Part shown: in pieces, positions 10,501 through 19,030 of the stretch | Layout: each line of letters opens with the position of its first letter | How positions within the stretch are numbered: position 1 is the stretch's first letter | The notes under the pieces: model-generated | Database searches by the model: none | Told to the model about the DNA's origin: nothing | What the model saw: the letters and a program-made list of their open reading frames with translations, nothing else | Made by a program: the position numbers and the translations under genes | IMG/VR virus record: IMGVR_UViG_3300035670_010691 | Span: 32,001-96,000 of that record | From: a virus | DNA length: 64,000 bases | Strand: one strand, 5' to 3'

Positions 10501-11536
10501 TCTCGAATTTAGACTAAGAGTAGTAGTTGGTGCATCTACATACACTACGCCATATCATAGTGTCTTTGTTGCGGGTTCATCAACAAAAAGTCCAAGTGAT
10601 CCAAATTTGAGAAGAGCAGTCGAAAACCAAGCTGCTCTGACTGCAAAGGTATTTTCATTGTCTGTTCCTATGACTTCAGGTAATATCGCAACCGTTTATC
10701 TTGATAAAGTTGGAACGATAGAAATTAATAATTATGAAAATTATGAAATTCCTTACACACCAACCGGAAATGTTGATTCAACACTTGATGCTGCTGCATC
10801 TTACACGGGTGGAGCAACATCAACGATTATAAATGGTGGAGGATTTTTAGCAAAAACCGGTGTAAGCAACTGGTTTAGAGTCCGATCTAAACCCACAACA
10901 GGACAGACTGTTGATGTTATTGGTGGTTTAGGAATTGGTGGTGAAAACGTCACGGGTAACATTGGTGAAGACGGTATATTTCTTAAATTTTATGAAAAAA
11001 CAGCAGGTGCAAACCAATGGATTATGCATAATTCGGGTTCATCTAACTGGCTGTTTGGTAATTCAGATTTATTATTTTTTAGTACGGGGACAAAGCCTTC
11101 TACTTCATCCCCACAAGCAGCAATAGATACTGGTGGTAATTTTAGAATTTCAGGAAACACTGCATATAAAAATACAGGAACAACGTGGTCTAACCCTTCT
11201 GATGAAAGAATTAAATCAAATATAATTGAAATAACAGGATCATTAGATAAAATTAATGAACTTCACCCAATTGAATTTACTTGGAAAGAAGATTATGCTC
11301 ATTCACATTCTTTGGATATTAATGAAAAACAATATGGATTTACCGCACAAAATATGGAACAGGTTTTTCCAAATGAAGTGATAACAACAAGTTATAAAAT
11401 TGACGATACTGATGTTGGTATGAAAACAATTAGTTATCATACTTTAAATGTATATTTGGTAAAAGCAGTCCAAGAATTATCAAATGAAATTAACAACCTT
11501 AAAGATGAAATAAATACATTAAAAAATAAAACTTAA
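1523..11536 (+). CDS. giant modular tail fibre/adhesin with C-terminal peptidase S74 intramolecular chaperone
   Basis: 3337 aa, T/S/G-rich beta repeats, short Gly-X-Y stretches, SDERIKSNI...YGFTAQNMEQVFP...LVKAVQEL followed by a coiled coil. Confidence 0.88.
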   Translation: MPIIKSFAPKLNLTNYQTFLVDDDPNSTYFRITEFQETFTGGKNGFLIEGSSFLKPTTEIKIELLDVAGNPIYFEPGDGIPEYYEGLSKLISVHVYDDTPIGLGKITILGELSQYIDNTGIIRDVPSEWKGVYNVKWERVFQVNKNLSNETIVRFVKRPVIQIDEIVKPIFTKDIPQITQTGTASGVGENPGEGTSLTGYRAGTLYRIAITDTSNFTSSIDENVISFPSLGYSATVKEVLNNKEVLVDTPYTVNSIVTNFQNQSYTSTYEYPAGAITEESALTGSFAKVNISNLKTFVGDVARVKVYRKSRNEVGDFQLVQDSRLESVELLRDITITSDTELNYGVLQPSTFQDYWITSSNHPTEFDDTYLFASLKSDYDTGTGGTFTLLTSQSFNISDNVEYNLSFKTRLSGSVSPTKTISAFLTGSYSSSVNGNPVLVQYRQNFISRSVDNTYLQRKNISENIISNFSGSARLGFEFVGDDWYVANISLKNAQETSFSPDEFTLIQEVPRKLPKETFDFRFEFYDINNNFIPVEVTATKEFTGGNTSDTSTLTKFLNFESDRTAFRFTTGSLGNPEFQQIAFKVSSNLLTGSVTYTSQAFDFTGSLLTSESYDGGQYPGFLTNASTAGATLTIANFTGSRNDVIVGSIVYTASREDFQEFETVYRFEDGENAPNLFATSNANQFIYEPTTISPKPSGQEIRIQVKRKNLASLITPITANSSSDAPLTVVDDVNGIKTFSISATQFSQSLFVGQNGPYQDVTYSFTASDEFNNPFSDEITISPVINFDGISVVLSNENTSFRANSLGTVTSTEFDEGDGFVTVNIGNESISHNNGLSQRNTFDITSVTPTANITPNSFTPSTNSYGISAMSVDSGSIDINISYKAGDNFTTQSFVKKVNYTKNRIAAPVISIQTTNKNQTVSAYSTGVQTGTFSNAFVTVNETYLGNTNSKTITSLTAVRQDTLANLTTNPSTGEITLSGQTLATGVDSTTVLVTATVTDTEGSSRTVIDNISLSKAKNAPPNVEIAVRPSSQTIEANSRGSGSAVPQSLTITATEGGVDKFVSLGTPSFTNGLAGSASTNTITFTNTASDMTSDTGTVSIPVNYTDSEGTSGQKITIATVSRVRRAQPSVTVTATPQAQSVNSKSTGEVISTPQDVVIKAYQGNTELTYDVTLSSNSTYNVTGQTLGSRINNTISISSAQVTSDTVTGTVTVGYKDEEGTIGSRTIEYTVSKSKAAVPTILITATPQAQSVLADQFGVQTGTLSNVTVDAIEGSTSQFDSMSITSTSGFSTAPTVSSNTLVMTSAVMNSDEGSVTLTVNYTDSEGTSSSGSITIRTTKVSVGLDGSNGGDGNDAKVVSLTANRYVIPYDGDGNESGSNSITLTATEQNHEGTVYYEFLQGVTQKQNTTANTYAVDEAEEPAPGTSDLWTVKTREGSSGGTVIAFDTIDLFGVKDGTNARSIRLSSDYQSFVEAKDGTITPSTITFTASRQNISTATTFTPTPSVTLGGSGDVRTLSSTNFGSNTSVTINASSEGFEDEITIVRLVEGSDAVNVISTNQSHTAPSDFDGTNTDLTNSGTTIKVFEGTTELSYDGVGTSAGKWTVATTVSPAGKITVGSITDNGDNITVGDHSNMANDTDVVLVIYEITGQKLNGDSFSINSNQTITKSKAGKNAITAFLTNEAHVLPTTNTGETNYAGSGTSIIVYKGATQLEGILTQTPTTNQFSASAEVTLGEITIGNATTSSNEIIFATHSLMNTDLAIIKYTINIENEIFLEKFQTLTKVREGSDSKVVTLSANRYTIPYDGDGNEDGELTIVLTATQQNHVGTVYYEFRRSTDGGSTFTQVQNTTTNTYTIPDASEPGPGENHVYQVRTREGSDTGTVVTFDNIDVFGIKEGSDAFTVFLTNDSHTFPGNNDGSVNSGDLAAGATQIRVFRGTTQYTFDDGGTPADNTYTIGTVSQSGITVSASTVLNQRQFTPTAVSATKGSVAYEIIDNETSTTFNKIYTFGVSVKGDTGEDSQTITLSADAQAFRVAQNGSITPDSIKLSVNKQNLTDTTNWTTSPSVTLYTAPTGGSTTTTGDTVYLRKGDFGSNTSVLVTATAGTFSDSTTIVRLEEGSDAINVINTNQAHTLPAASDGTVSSYDNSGTTIKVFEGDTELAYDGVGTSNGTWTVSISQNPTSTITVGSITDNGNNITIGNHSNMAIGTSSVLITYSISGKRQNGTSFSIDTTQTITKSIAGTDGVNGSNGTDAKTVALSASPQYTVLYDGDGTKTAVAITLTATPQNFTNPYYQFTQDGTERQAYSTTATYLIPDAQEPAANTSDLWQVNVKEGNVGSVVAFDNTDIFGVKAGTNAITAFLTNEAHTLPTTNAGVVTYTGSGTSVVVLKGATELNGITSGTPTLGQFTVTTAVTTGTITVGAKSSPGNPMVFGDHTNMTTDLAIIEYTINVENLVTLKKYQTLAKSIEGDKGDPGDTGPSGLRTTSGMVHYQLVSTSAPSSPTATSFNFSTGGFTGLTANWGTGAPTYASGNTNKYWYATYTVVESSAGSGVGTPTFGTVTQAIGFSGLVSFTAAENITDGTNTLSFGVSGATLINGDNISTGRIISTNYVTGSGNGFTNTGTEFNLDEGLIASKNFTIKPNGDAVFNGSGTFSGTVNASGGSFTNTVSIGSGATSGTLTVGTDTNKITIIGTNSEDTTKIYSGTGTYGNSNTGFYLGADGLFSLGNKLTFDASSNLTISGNITATTLTATTSGNIGGWSINNGYLEKDGVRLNAGSNNGYLGIGLTSYNSGSGIWIGETSSALYQMSIKNTTTNKYILWDGSNLQINAGNFSLNSDGDITASNVQFNDGTFSGTVYATDGIFSGSITATGGTIGGYTIGDNILTSTTGKIEIGKNEIQIYDNNNLLKFDVNTETSLPNPNLNDSGTTSGNSSNALSIQRTTNGVTSTTATSNMGIFTAGVTSTYIVSYSFPGGTVGTNHYVRAAGSETVSTLEFRLRVVVGASTYTTPYHSVFVAGSSTKSPSDPNLRRAVENQAALTAKVFSLSVPMTSGNIATVYLDKVGTIEINNYENYEIPYTPTGNVDSTLDAAASYTGGATSTIINGGGFLAKTGVSNWFRVRSKPTTGQTVDVIGGLGIGGENVTGNIGEDGIFLKFYEKTAGANQWIMHNSGSSNWLFGNSDLLFFSTGTKPSTSSPQAAIDTGGNFRISGNTAYKNTGTTWSNPSDERIKSNIIEITGSLDKINELHPIEFTWKEDYAHSHSLDINEKQYGFTAQNMEQVFPNEVITTSYKIDDTDVGMKTISYHTLNVYLVKAVQELSNEINNLKDEINTLKNKT
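5585..8930 (+). repeat. ten ~100-130-aa Ig-like modules inside the tail fibre, order A-B-C-D-A-E-B-C-A-D
   Basis: A (DAK/DSKVV.L.A..Y...YDGDG) at 5585, 6890, 8279; B at 5897, 7580; C (DA.NVI.TNQ.H) at 6173, 7883; D (NAITAFLTNEAH) at 6542, 8588; E at 7220. Confidence 0.8.
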
Positions 11537-11559
11537 TATATTTAAAATTAATAAAGGTT

Positions 11560-12501
11560 ATGAATAATTTTATTTTACTCTCTCATTGGAACGGAAGATT
11601 TGGAAATAGAATGCATCAATATGCTTATGGTGCTACTTATTCTAAATTAAATGATGTTGATTTTATATTAACATCTGATTGGGAAGGAACGTTTTTATTT
11701 AAACATCAATTTCACCGAGTTTGTGATAATGATGAAGTTCGTTTATACCGAAATCAAAGTGATAATCAATTTCATACTCTTGATATGCAAGAGATGATTT
11801 TAAAGAAAAATTATCCCGATATAAAATTTATTAATCCCGAAAACCCCGAAACAAATTACAAAAAAGTTGATAATCCTGTTTGGTTTGATTCAGTTTGTGC
11901 ATATAACAAATCTATTTTTGAAAAAATGTCAAAAGATTATTTATTGAGAGTTTTTAAATTTTCAGATTTGGTAAAAGAAACTGATGCTTATAAATATTGG
12001 TCTGAAAGACAGGGTACATATGATATTGCTCATTTAAGAAGAGACGATATTTCAAATCCCCAATATAACCAACAAAACGTTCAGGGATATTCCGTAGTTT
12101 CTCAACAATCATATTTTAATGCATTTAAAAAATATGGATATGACCCACAAAATATAATTTGGATTTCAGATGATCATATCAATAAATGGCATAAAGATAG
12201 AAAACCAACTCAATTTTTTGGATGGAGATACCCCGAGGGTTCTGTCTATAAAGATGGGTTTGTGTTTGATTGGTTGGAAGACTTTTTAAAACTTTATTTT
12301 GCACGAACTATTTTTAGAGCAAATTCATCGTTTAGTTGGTGGGCTTCATTTCTTTCTCCTACCGCAAAGGTTTTTTCTCCTGTATTGGATAAACAACTCA
12401 TTTATGGTAGAGATGGTATAGAAGAAGAAATTGAAGTTCAATTTGTAGAAGGAAACCATCCACATTGGTTATATGGAGTTGATGATATTGTTATAAAATG
12501 A
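11560..12501 (+). CDS. GT11 (alpha-1,2-fucosyltransferase)-like glycosyltransferase
   Basis: GRFGNRMHQYA, HLRRDD and NSSFSWWASFL motifs. Confidence 0.75.
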   Translation: MNNFILLSHWNGRFGNRMHQYAYGATYSKLNDVDFILTSDWEGTFLFKHQFHRVCDNDEVRLYRNQSDNQFHTLDMQEMILKKNYPDIKFINPENPETNYKKVDNPVWFDSVCAYNKSIFEKMSKDYLLRVFKFSDLVKETDAYKYWSERQGTYDIAHLRRDDISNPQYNQQNVQGYSVVSQQSYFNAFKKYGYDPQNIIWISDDHINKWHKDRKPTQFFGWRYPEGSVYKDGFVFDWLEDFLKLYFARTIFRANSSFSWWASFLSPTAKVFSPVLDKQLIYGRDGIEEEIEVQFVEGNHPHWLYGVDDIVIK

Positions 12502-13214
12502 AAATACATTTAGTTTGTTTTAATACAAAATCATGTTATGGTATAGTTGATTATTATCAAGAATCATTTCAAAAATTATCTTCTTCTTTTTTAAAAAACG
12601 GAGGAGATGAGATACATCATTTTGTTGAGGAAACTTTACCTTATAAAAGTGATTATGAAAAGTATTTTTTTGAAGATAATAAGGAATCTGCATTTGGATT
12701 TTATGCATTTAAACCTTTGATTATTTCTCATGTAATGGAAGAAATACCTTTTGGTGATGTTATACTTTATCACGATGTTGGTAGACCAGAATACAATTAC
12801 GAAATAAAAAAAGACATAAAAAAGACTGTTGATTTAGTAAAAAAAACTTATATGGGTATAGGGTTGGGTAGAGGCCCTTTTTCACATAACGAATACACAC
12901 GAAATGATTGTTTTGAACTTATGAATTGTGATTTTGAAGAATTAAGACATTCTAAGCAACTTGCTGCAAATTGGGGATTTTATGAAAAAAATCACATGGT
13001 TTTAGAATTTATTTCCAAATGGAAAGAGTGGTGTTTAAATTATGAAGTTGTTAGAAGTCATTATGAGTATGAAATTAATCACCAAGAATTTTCAGCTCAT
13101 AGATGGGATCAATCTATTTTAACCAATTTACATTTTTTATATAATTTGGAAACATTACCAAACTTAAAAGAATATAGTTGGGAAAAAGACATAAATAATT
13201 TTTTACATGAATGA
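12498..13214 (+). CDS. putative GT-A-like glycosyltransferase (HRxDQS family)
   Basis: FYAFKPLII, LYHDVG, HRWDQSILT; glyco-cluster context. Confidence 0.55.
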   Translation: MKIHLVCFNTKSCYGIVDYYQESFQKLSSSFLKNGGDEIHHFVEETLPYKSDYEKYFFEDNKESAFGFYAFKPLIISHVMEEIPFGDVILYHDVGRPEYNYEIKKDIKKTVDLVKKTYMGIGLGRGPFSHNEYTRNDCFELMNCDFEELRHSKQLAANWGFYEKNHMVLEFISKWKEWCLNYEVVRSHYEYEINHQEFSAHRWDQSILTNLHFLYNLETLPNLKEYSWEKDINNFLHE

Positions 13215-13870
13215 TAGTCGTTGCAAGTCATAATAATTTAGATACATTAGGTTGGATTGTAGAAGACTTATATAGAATAGATTTAAATAATCATGAAGTT
13301 TGTATTATTGATACAAATTCAAATAATTTGGAATTTAAAGAAAAATTTCATATATTAAGAAATGAGTATCCTTATTTTAAATTTATTAATTTAAATTATA
13401 CTTGTTGGGATAGTGGAGCTTATATTTGGGCATATAATAATCTAAAATCTGAACGGTATATATTTTTACAAGATTCGTTACGAATATTGGATAAAAATTA
13501 TATCAAGTTAATAGACCAAAATTTAGATTTATACGATGTTGTTGCTCATATAAATTTCAAATATCATTACGAAAATGAGGAACAAAAAAATTGGGTAGAA
13601 GACGGTATATTATTTAATGAATTACCCGAAGATGCAATATTCGGTCCTATTTTTGGTGTAAAAAAAACAACATTAGATAAGATACCTTCTTATTGGTTAA
13701 AACATCCGACAAATAAAAATGAAGGTTGTGGTATGGAAAGACGATGGAGTTTAATGTTTAATCAAATTGGAGCATCAAAGAAATATTTGGAAATTGAAGA
13801 TATTCCAAATGAGGTTACTATATATAATACAAGGAAGTATATACATAAATTATTTTATCACAGATTATGA
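13211..13870 (+). CDS. putative GT2-like glycosyltransferase
   Basis: VCIIDTNS, WDSGAY, YIFLQDS, GMERRW. Confidence 0.5.
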   Translation: MIVVASHNNLDTLGWIVEDLYRIDLNNHEVCIIDTNSNNLEFKEKFHILRNEYPYFKFINLNYTCWDSGAYIWAYNNLKSERYIFLQDSLRILDKNYIKLIDQNLDLYDVVAHINFKYHYENEEQKNWVEDGILFNELPEDAIFGPIFGVKKTTLDKIPSYWLKHPTNKNEGCGMERRWSLMFNQIGASKKYLEIEDIPNEVTIYNTRKYIHKLFYHRL

Positions 13871-14883
13871 AAATAGAAAATAAAAAATTGGCATTAGTTT
13901 TAGGTGGAGGTGGTTTCATAGGAGGTCATCTGGCAAAACGATTAAAAGAACAAGGATATTGGGTAAGGGTAGTTGATATTAAACCTAAGCACGAATATTA
14001 TGAATTAGATGAGTTTTGTCATGAATATATTGAAGGTGATTTGAGAGATTCAAGTTTAGTTTCCCGAATTATGTATTCACCAAATCAAAGAGCAGAGAAT
14101 GATAAAGAAAATTCATTTGATGAAGTTTATCAACTTGCTGCGGACATGGGAGGAGCTGGTTATATCTTTACAGGTGATAATGATGCAAATGTAATGCATA
14201 ATTCAGGTCTAATTAACTTTAATGTTGCATACGAAGCAAGTAAAAAAAGTGTAAAGAAAATTTTATACACTTCATCAGCTTGTATATACCCCGAACATAA
14301 TCAGTTAGACCCTGATAACCCGAAATGTGAAGAGTCATCTGCATATCCCGCAAACCCCGACTCCGAGTATGGTTGGGAAAAATTATTGAGTGAAAGATTG
14401 TATTTATCTTTTCACCGAAATTATGGATTAGATGTAAAGATTGCAAGACTACACAATATATTCGGTCCGTATGGAACGTGGGATGGTGGTAGAGAAAAAG
14501 CACCTGCGGCAATTTGTAGAAAAGTTATTCAAGCACCCGAAGGTGGTGAATTAGAAATTTGGGGTGATGGAAAACAAACCCGGTCTTTTCTTTATATAGA
14601 TGAGTGTTTAGACGGATTAAGAATTTTAATGGACTCAAATGAAAATCAACCTTTTAATATTGGTAGTGAAGAAATGATTTCCATAAACGAATTTACCAAA
14701 ATGATTATCGGTATAAGTGGAAAAAATTTAAGTATAAAAAATATACCAGGTCCAGAAGGAGTCAGGGGTAGAAATTCAGATAATAATTTAGTTTATTCCC
14801 TTTTAGGTTGGAAACCAACAATACCACTTAAAGATGGTATTACAAAAACATACCGATGGATTGAGACACAAGTAAATGAATAA
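13867..14883 (+). CDS. NAD-dependent epimerase, GDP-mannose 3',5'-epimerase-like
   Basis: GGGGFIG, LAADMGGAG, SSACIYP, YGWEK, EKAPAAICRK. Confidence 0.85.
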   Translation: MKIENKKLALVLGGGGFIGGHLAKRLKEQGYWVRVVDIKPKHEYYELDEFCHEYIEGDLRDSSLVSRIMYSPNQRAENDKENSFDEVYQLAADMGGAGYIFTGDNDANVMHNSGLINFNVAYEASKKSVKKILYTSSACIYPEHNQLDPDNPKCEESSAYPANPDSEYGWEKLLSERLYLSFHRNYGLDVKIARLHNIFGPYGTWDGGREKAPAAICRKVIQAPEGGELEIWGDGKQTRSFLYIDECLDGLRILMDSNENQPFNIGSEEMISINEFTKMIIGISGKNLSIKNIPGPEGVRGRNSDNNLVYSLLGWKPTIPLKDGITKTYRWIETQVNE

Positions 14884-15925
14884 AGAGTATTCACCAAAAA
14901 TATTAGTTACAACTGGTGCTGGAAACACAATTAAAGGTGGGGCCGATATTTGGACTAACCATTTTCTAAAATGGGTGTGGCCTACTTTACCTGATAAAAA
15001 AGAGTGGTTTTTACTTATAGACTCAAAAAGACCTGCTCAATTTGAAGAAAGATATTTACCAAAAGGACTTCGATACCACTTTCATGGTGATGATCCAGAA
15101 GTAACAAAAGATTGGTTGAATAGAGCTTCTGTTATACATTTTTTACATTCTCATTATCATAAAAGACCACACATTTGGCATTTTGAAGATAAGTTTGGAA
15201 CTATTTTTGTTCATGCATATCCAAGAGATATGATTTCGGTTATAGATAAAATACCAGAATTAAAATTATTACAATTTAATACAAAAGTAGATGCCGAGTG
15301 GTATGATGATTTTCTTCTTACATTTAATAGAAGAATTTGGATTGGATGTAATCCAAGTCAAATGTTTGATAATTTTCCAAATTATAGCTATAATGTTCCA
15401 AACTTTTATGAATTTCAACTTAATGCACCCCTAACAAATCATGTAAATAATGGAAAAGTTGGATACGCAGCAAGAATAGAAACTCGTAAGGCATTTCACT
15501 GGATGCACGGTGTTGAGGGATTGGCTTTGGTAGAACAAATGGATTTAGAAAATTTAAGAGCAACCACAACTTATACATTTCCTAAATTGGATGTTTATCA
15601 GTATCACCCCGATATTCATCAACATTTTATGAATAAAAATTGGGGTATATTTCATGGAGCTCATTTCCAAGAACCATTTGGATATAACATATTTCAAGCA
15701 GTAGATTATGGTAAATTACCAATAATAAATCATGATTGGTGCCCCGAAGTGGAATACAAATATAGAGCTTCAACTATGAATGATTTTCAAAGGATGATTA
15801 AACAAATTCTAAAAGATTCCCACCAAGAGAGAGAAGAAAATTGGTTGAGATTAAAACAATATATGAAACGATTTGATAATAGGGAAGAGTGGGTTGATAA
15901 AGTCAGAACTGCAATATTAGCATAA
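14876..15925 (+). CDS. GT-B fold (GT4-like) glycosyltransferase
   Basis: GGAD N-terminal motif, ARIETRK, EPFGYNIFQAVDYGKLPI. Confidence 0.7.
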   Translation: MNKEYSPKILVTTGAGNTIKGGADIWTNHFLKWVWPTLPDKKEWFLLIDSKRPAQFEERYLPKGLRYHFHGDDPEVTKDWLNRASVIHFLHSHYHKRPHIWHFEDKFGTIFVHAYPRDMISVIDKIPELKLLQFNTKVDAEWYDDFLLTFNRRIWIGCNPSQMFDNFPNYSYNVPNFYEFQLNAPLTNHVNNGKVGYAARIETRKAFHWMHGVEGLALVEQMDLENLRATTTYTFPKLDVYQYHPDIHQHFMNKNWGIFHGAHFQEPFGYNIFQAVDYGKLPIINHDWCPEVEYKYRASTMNDFQRMIKQILKDSHQEREENWLRLKQYMKRFDNREEWVDKVRTAILA

Positions 15926-15940
15926 TTTTGACTATGTATA

Positions 15941-15948
15941 TTTATATA
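15941..15948 (+). promoter_or_regulatory. putative phage promoter motif TATTTATA
   Basis: In the intergenic gap, 12 nt before ATG 15961; recurs in other gaps. Confidence 0.5.
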
Positions 15949-15960
15949 TAAACCTCTTGG

Positions 15961-16740
15961 ATGCCACTTTTAAATTTACAAAGAATATACGAGTTTATTA
16001 CTCATAATCATTCTTTTAAAAAGGATGTAAAGGGTAAAGAGTATAAAGAATTCCAACCTGTAAAGTATCGTTGGACTCATGGTGCAACGGATTATAATAT
16101 GGGTGACGGTCTTTTAGTATATTCCCTTATTCATCATTTACGGGCAAAAACTTGTGTCTGTCTTGGAAGTGGCGGTGGGTTCATTCCAAGAATAATGACC
16201 GAAGCTCGTTTGGATTTATACGATAGTAAAATATTTGAAGGAGAACGTCTAATAGAATGGGGGGATACTGGAACTACAATTCTTGTTGATGCAAATAATG
16301 GAGTTGGTGGTAATCCTGATTATCTTGATAAATCTTCTTTTTTTAGAGAATATTATCCAATTCGTTTAATAGTAGATACTACTGAAAACGCGTACTACAA
16401 CTTTTTTGTCAAAGAGGATATAAAGATAGATTATTTACATATAGATGCAGGTCACTCTTACGAAGATGTGAAACGAGATTTTGATTTATACACAAAACTC
16501 TTACAACCACACGGAATTGTTTCCATACACGATACAGATTCTTCATATGAAAACGAATATATTGTTACCGAAGATATAAAATCACAAGATTATCATCATG
16601 AATTTAACGGCCCTCAACAGTTGATAAGAGAATTAAAAGACAATCCCGAGTGGGAGATGTTTAATCTTTTCAATCACGGTATCAAAAGAGATAAACCATC
16701 AACAACAGGACTAACAATATTACAGAGATGCAAAAACTAA
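15961..16740 (+). CDS. class I SAM-dependent methyltransferase (Methyltransf_24-like)
   Basis: VCLGSGGG, IDYLHIDAGHSYE, GIVSIHD. Confidence 0.8.
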   Translation: MPLLNLQRIYEFITHNHSFKKDVKGKEYKEFQPVKYRWTHGATDYNMGDGLLVYSLIHHLRAKTCVCLGSGGGFIPRIMTEARLDLYDSKIFEGERLIEWGDTGTTILVDANNGVGGNPDYLDKSSFFREYYPIRLIVDTTENAYYNFFVKEDIKIDYLHIDAGHSYEDVKRDFDLYTKLLQPHGIVSIHDTDSSYENEYIVTEDIKSQDYHHEFNGPQQLIRELKDNPEWEMFNLFNHGIKRDKPSTTGLTILQRCKN

Positions 16741-17570
16741 ATTTAGTTACAGTTGTGGGTCATAACATTACTATGTTACCTCATATGATAAACCATTATA
16801 AAGATACGGTTGATGAGATATATGTTGTTGTTTATAAACAACACAATAATGATGGAATTGAAGAACAAGTCAGAGAATTGGGAATAAATCCTTATTTAGT
16901 AGTTACCGAACCAAAATTTAATTGGGAAAAGGTAACAGAATTATATAATCAAGTAAAACAAACCAAACCTGATGAATGGTGGATAGTGAGTGATGACGAT
17001 GAATTTCATGTTTATCCAAAACCAATCAGAGAAATGATAGAAGAATGTGAGGAAAATGGGTGGGATTTTATTACAGGTGGTTTTTTAGATAGAATAGGAC
17101 CTGATGGAACTTTTCCAGTTATTACTAATGAAAGTAATATATGGGAAGAATTTACAAACTGCGGATTTTTTAGAAATCCAATGAGTGGGGCTTGTCCAAA
17201 TAAAGTATGTGTAATGAAGGGTTCAGTTGATGTAACAGGGGGTCAGCACTATGTGTCTGTAGGTGATAGCGATACTTGGAGAGAAAGAGGATGGAACCAT
17301 CCAAAACGATATCCACCTAAAAAAGGATTTGTTCAAGTTCATCATTTTAAATGGGATAGTTCGGTTTTAAAAAGATTACAAGATGTCGCAAATACCAAAA
17401 CTGACTATTCATATTGGAAAGAATATAAAAAAATGTATAGAAATATTCAATTAAATAATTTTCGTATTGACATTAATAATAAAAATTATTATATTGTACC
17501 TATGTCTAAAAATACATATGATGAGTATCCATATTGGAAAATTATAACTCAAAAAATAATTGAAATATGA
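16728..17570 (+). CDS. GT2/GT92-like glycosyltransferase
   Basis: WWIVSDDDEF DxD motif, GGQH, VHHFKW. Confidence 0.7.
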   Translation: MQKLNLVTVVGHNITMLPHMINHYKDTVDEIYVVVYKQHNNDGIEEQVRELGINPYLVVTEPKFNWEKVTELYNQVKQTKPDEWWIVSDDDEFHVYPKPIREMIEECEENGWDFITGGFLDRIGPDGTFPVITNESNIWEEFTNCGFFRNPMSGACPNKVCVMKGSVDVTGGQHYVSVGDSDTWRERGWNHPKRYPPKKGFVQVHHFKWDSSVLKRLQDVANTKTDYSYWKEYKKMYRNIQLNNFRIDINNKNYYIVPMSKNTYDEYPYWKIITQKIIEI

Positions 17571-19030
17571 AAGATAAGTTAGCTATTATAGTTCCTTATC
17601 GAGATAGAGAAAAACACTTAAATGTGTTTGTACCTCATATTCACAATTTTCTAAAAGACAAGGGAATTGACTATGATATTTTTATCGTTGAGCAAGCAGA
17701 CGATAGGCCATTTAATTATGGTAAGTTGTGTAATGCTGCAGTAAAAGAAGTGGGTGAAGAATATACTTACTTTGCATTTCACGATATTGATATGTTACCT
17801 ATAAGTGATGAATGTGATTATGGTTATCCTGATGTTCCAACTCACTTGGCAACAAACGTAGAAGCACATGATAACAAACTTCCATATCCACAATATTTTG
17901 GTGGAGTGGTTTTAATTAATCGTGAAGATTTTGAAAGAGCAAATGGATATTCAAATGAGTATTGGGGATATGGATTCCAGGATATAGATTTACTTTATAG
18001 ATTACAAAGAAGTGGTGCTTATCTTGAAAAATTTTATGATAAAAATAAAACTTATTCAAACTATGATGAACTTGATATTTTACCGTATAGAATAGAAAAA
18101 GTTGAAATATCAAGAAATAAATTATCACAGAAATTTAAAACAAATATTTTTAATAAAGAAAGTTTTTTATATGGAACACTTAACCCATTAACAAAAAAAC
18201 TTGTAGATGAATCTTTCACAATTTCATTTTGGTTTAATGACAGATTTGAAAGAAGTATTAATAAAAATTTATTTTGTTTTGAAGGATATGACACTGGATT
18301 GTTTTTAAATAATGGTAATCAAATAATAGGACAAATTTGGAACAATAATAACCAACATAATCAAGTTATTTTAAATTATTCAAGAAATGTATGGAATTAT
18401 GTTTTGTTTGAATATGATAAAGAAAATAATGAAATTAATTTAACCCTAAACAATAAAACAGCAAAAGAAAAATTATCTGATAATTTCAAACTTTTTGATT
18501 ATAAAGACAAACATATAAAAATATCTGATAAAAATTCTGATATAGAATTATCTGAAATATTTGTTTTTGATACTATTTTGACTGATGATGCTAAAAAACA
18601 ATTTTATTTTGAAGGTAATTCTTGTCTTAATAAATTAAAAACTCAGCATGGGGTAAGTCCAGTTTTACATTTTAATTATACTAAAACCTATTCAAAAAAT
18701 ATTCTTTTAGATAATGGGTTATTTTTAAATCATATTACTATACAAGGAAATACCGAAACTAATGAAAAAAATATAGAACTTACAGATATTGTATATCTTC
18801 CATTTAGAATTCATGGAAAATATAAATCACTTTCACATGGTAATGATAGAAATATTATTAATAATTATTATACCTATAATCCTGATATAAGTGAAAATGC
18901 CGATATTTTTTTTCATGAAGTATTACAAAATAAATTAGATTTAAAAAGTATTGGGTTATTGAATATAAAATACAAATTGTTAGACAAAATTAAAAGAAAT
19001 GAGTATGAACTTATTAGAATTGTTACATAA
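17567..19030 (+). CDS. GT7 (beta-1,4-galactosyltransferase-like) with inserted LamG/ConA domain; degenerate catalytic motif
   Basis: VPYRDR, FNYGKLCN, FHDID, YFGGV, NGYSNEYWGYGFQDID. Confidence 0.8.
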   Translation: MKDKLAIIVPYRDREKHLNVFVPHIHNFLKDKGIDYDIFIVEQADDRPFNYGKLCNAAVKEVGEEYTYFAFHDIDMLPISDECDYGYPDVPTHLATNVEAHDNKLPYPQYFGGVVLINREDFERANGYSNEYWGYGFQDIDLLYRLQRSGAYLEKFYDKNKTYSNYDELDILPYRIEKVEISRNKLSQKFKTNIFNKESFLYGTLNPLTKKLVDESFTISFWFNDRFERSINKNLFCFEGYDTGLFLNNGNQIIGQIWNNNNQHNQVILNYSRNVWNYVLFEYDKENNEINLTLNNKTAKEKLSDNFKLFDYKDKHIKISDKNSDIELSEIFVFDTILTDDAKKQFYFEGNSCLNKLKTQHGVSPVLHFNYTKTYSKNILLDNGLFLNHITIQGNTETNEKNIELTDIVYLPFRIHGKYKSLSHGNDRNIINNYYTYNPDISENADIFFHEVLQNKLDLKSIGLLNIKYKLLDKIKRNEYELIRIVT

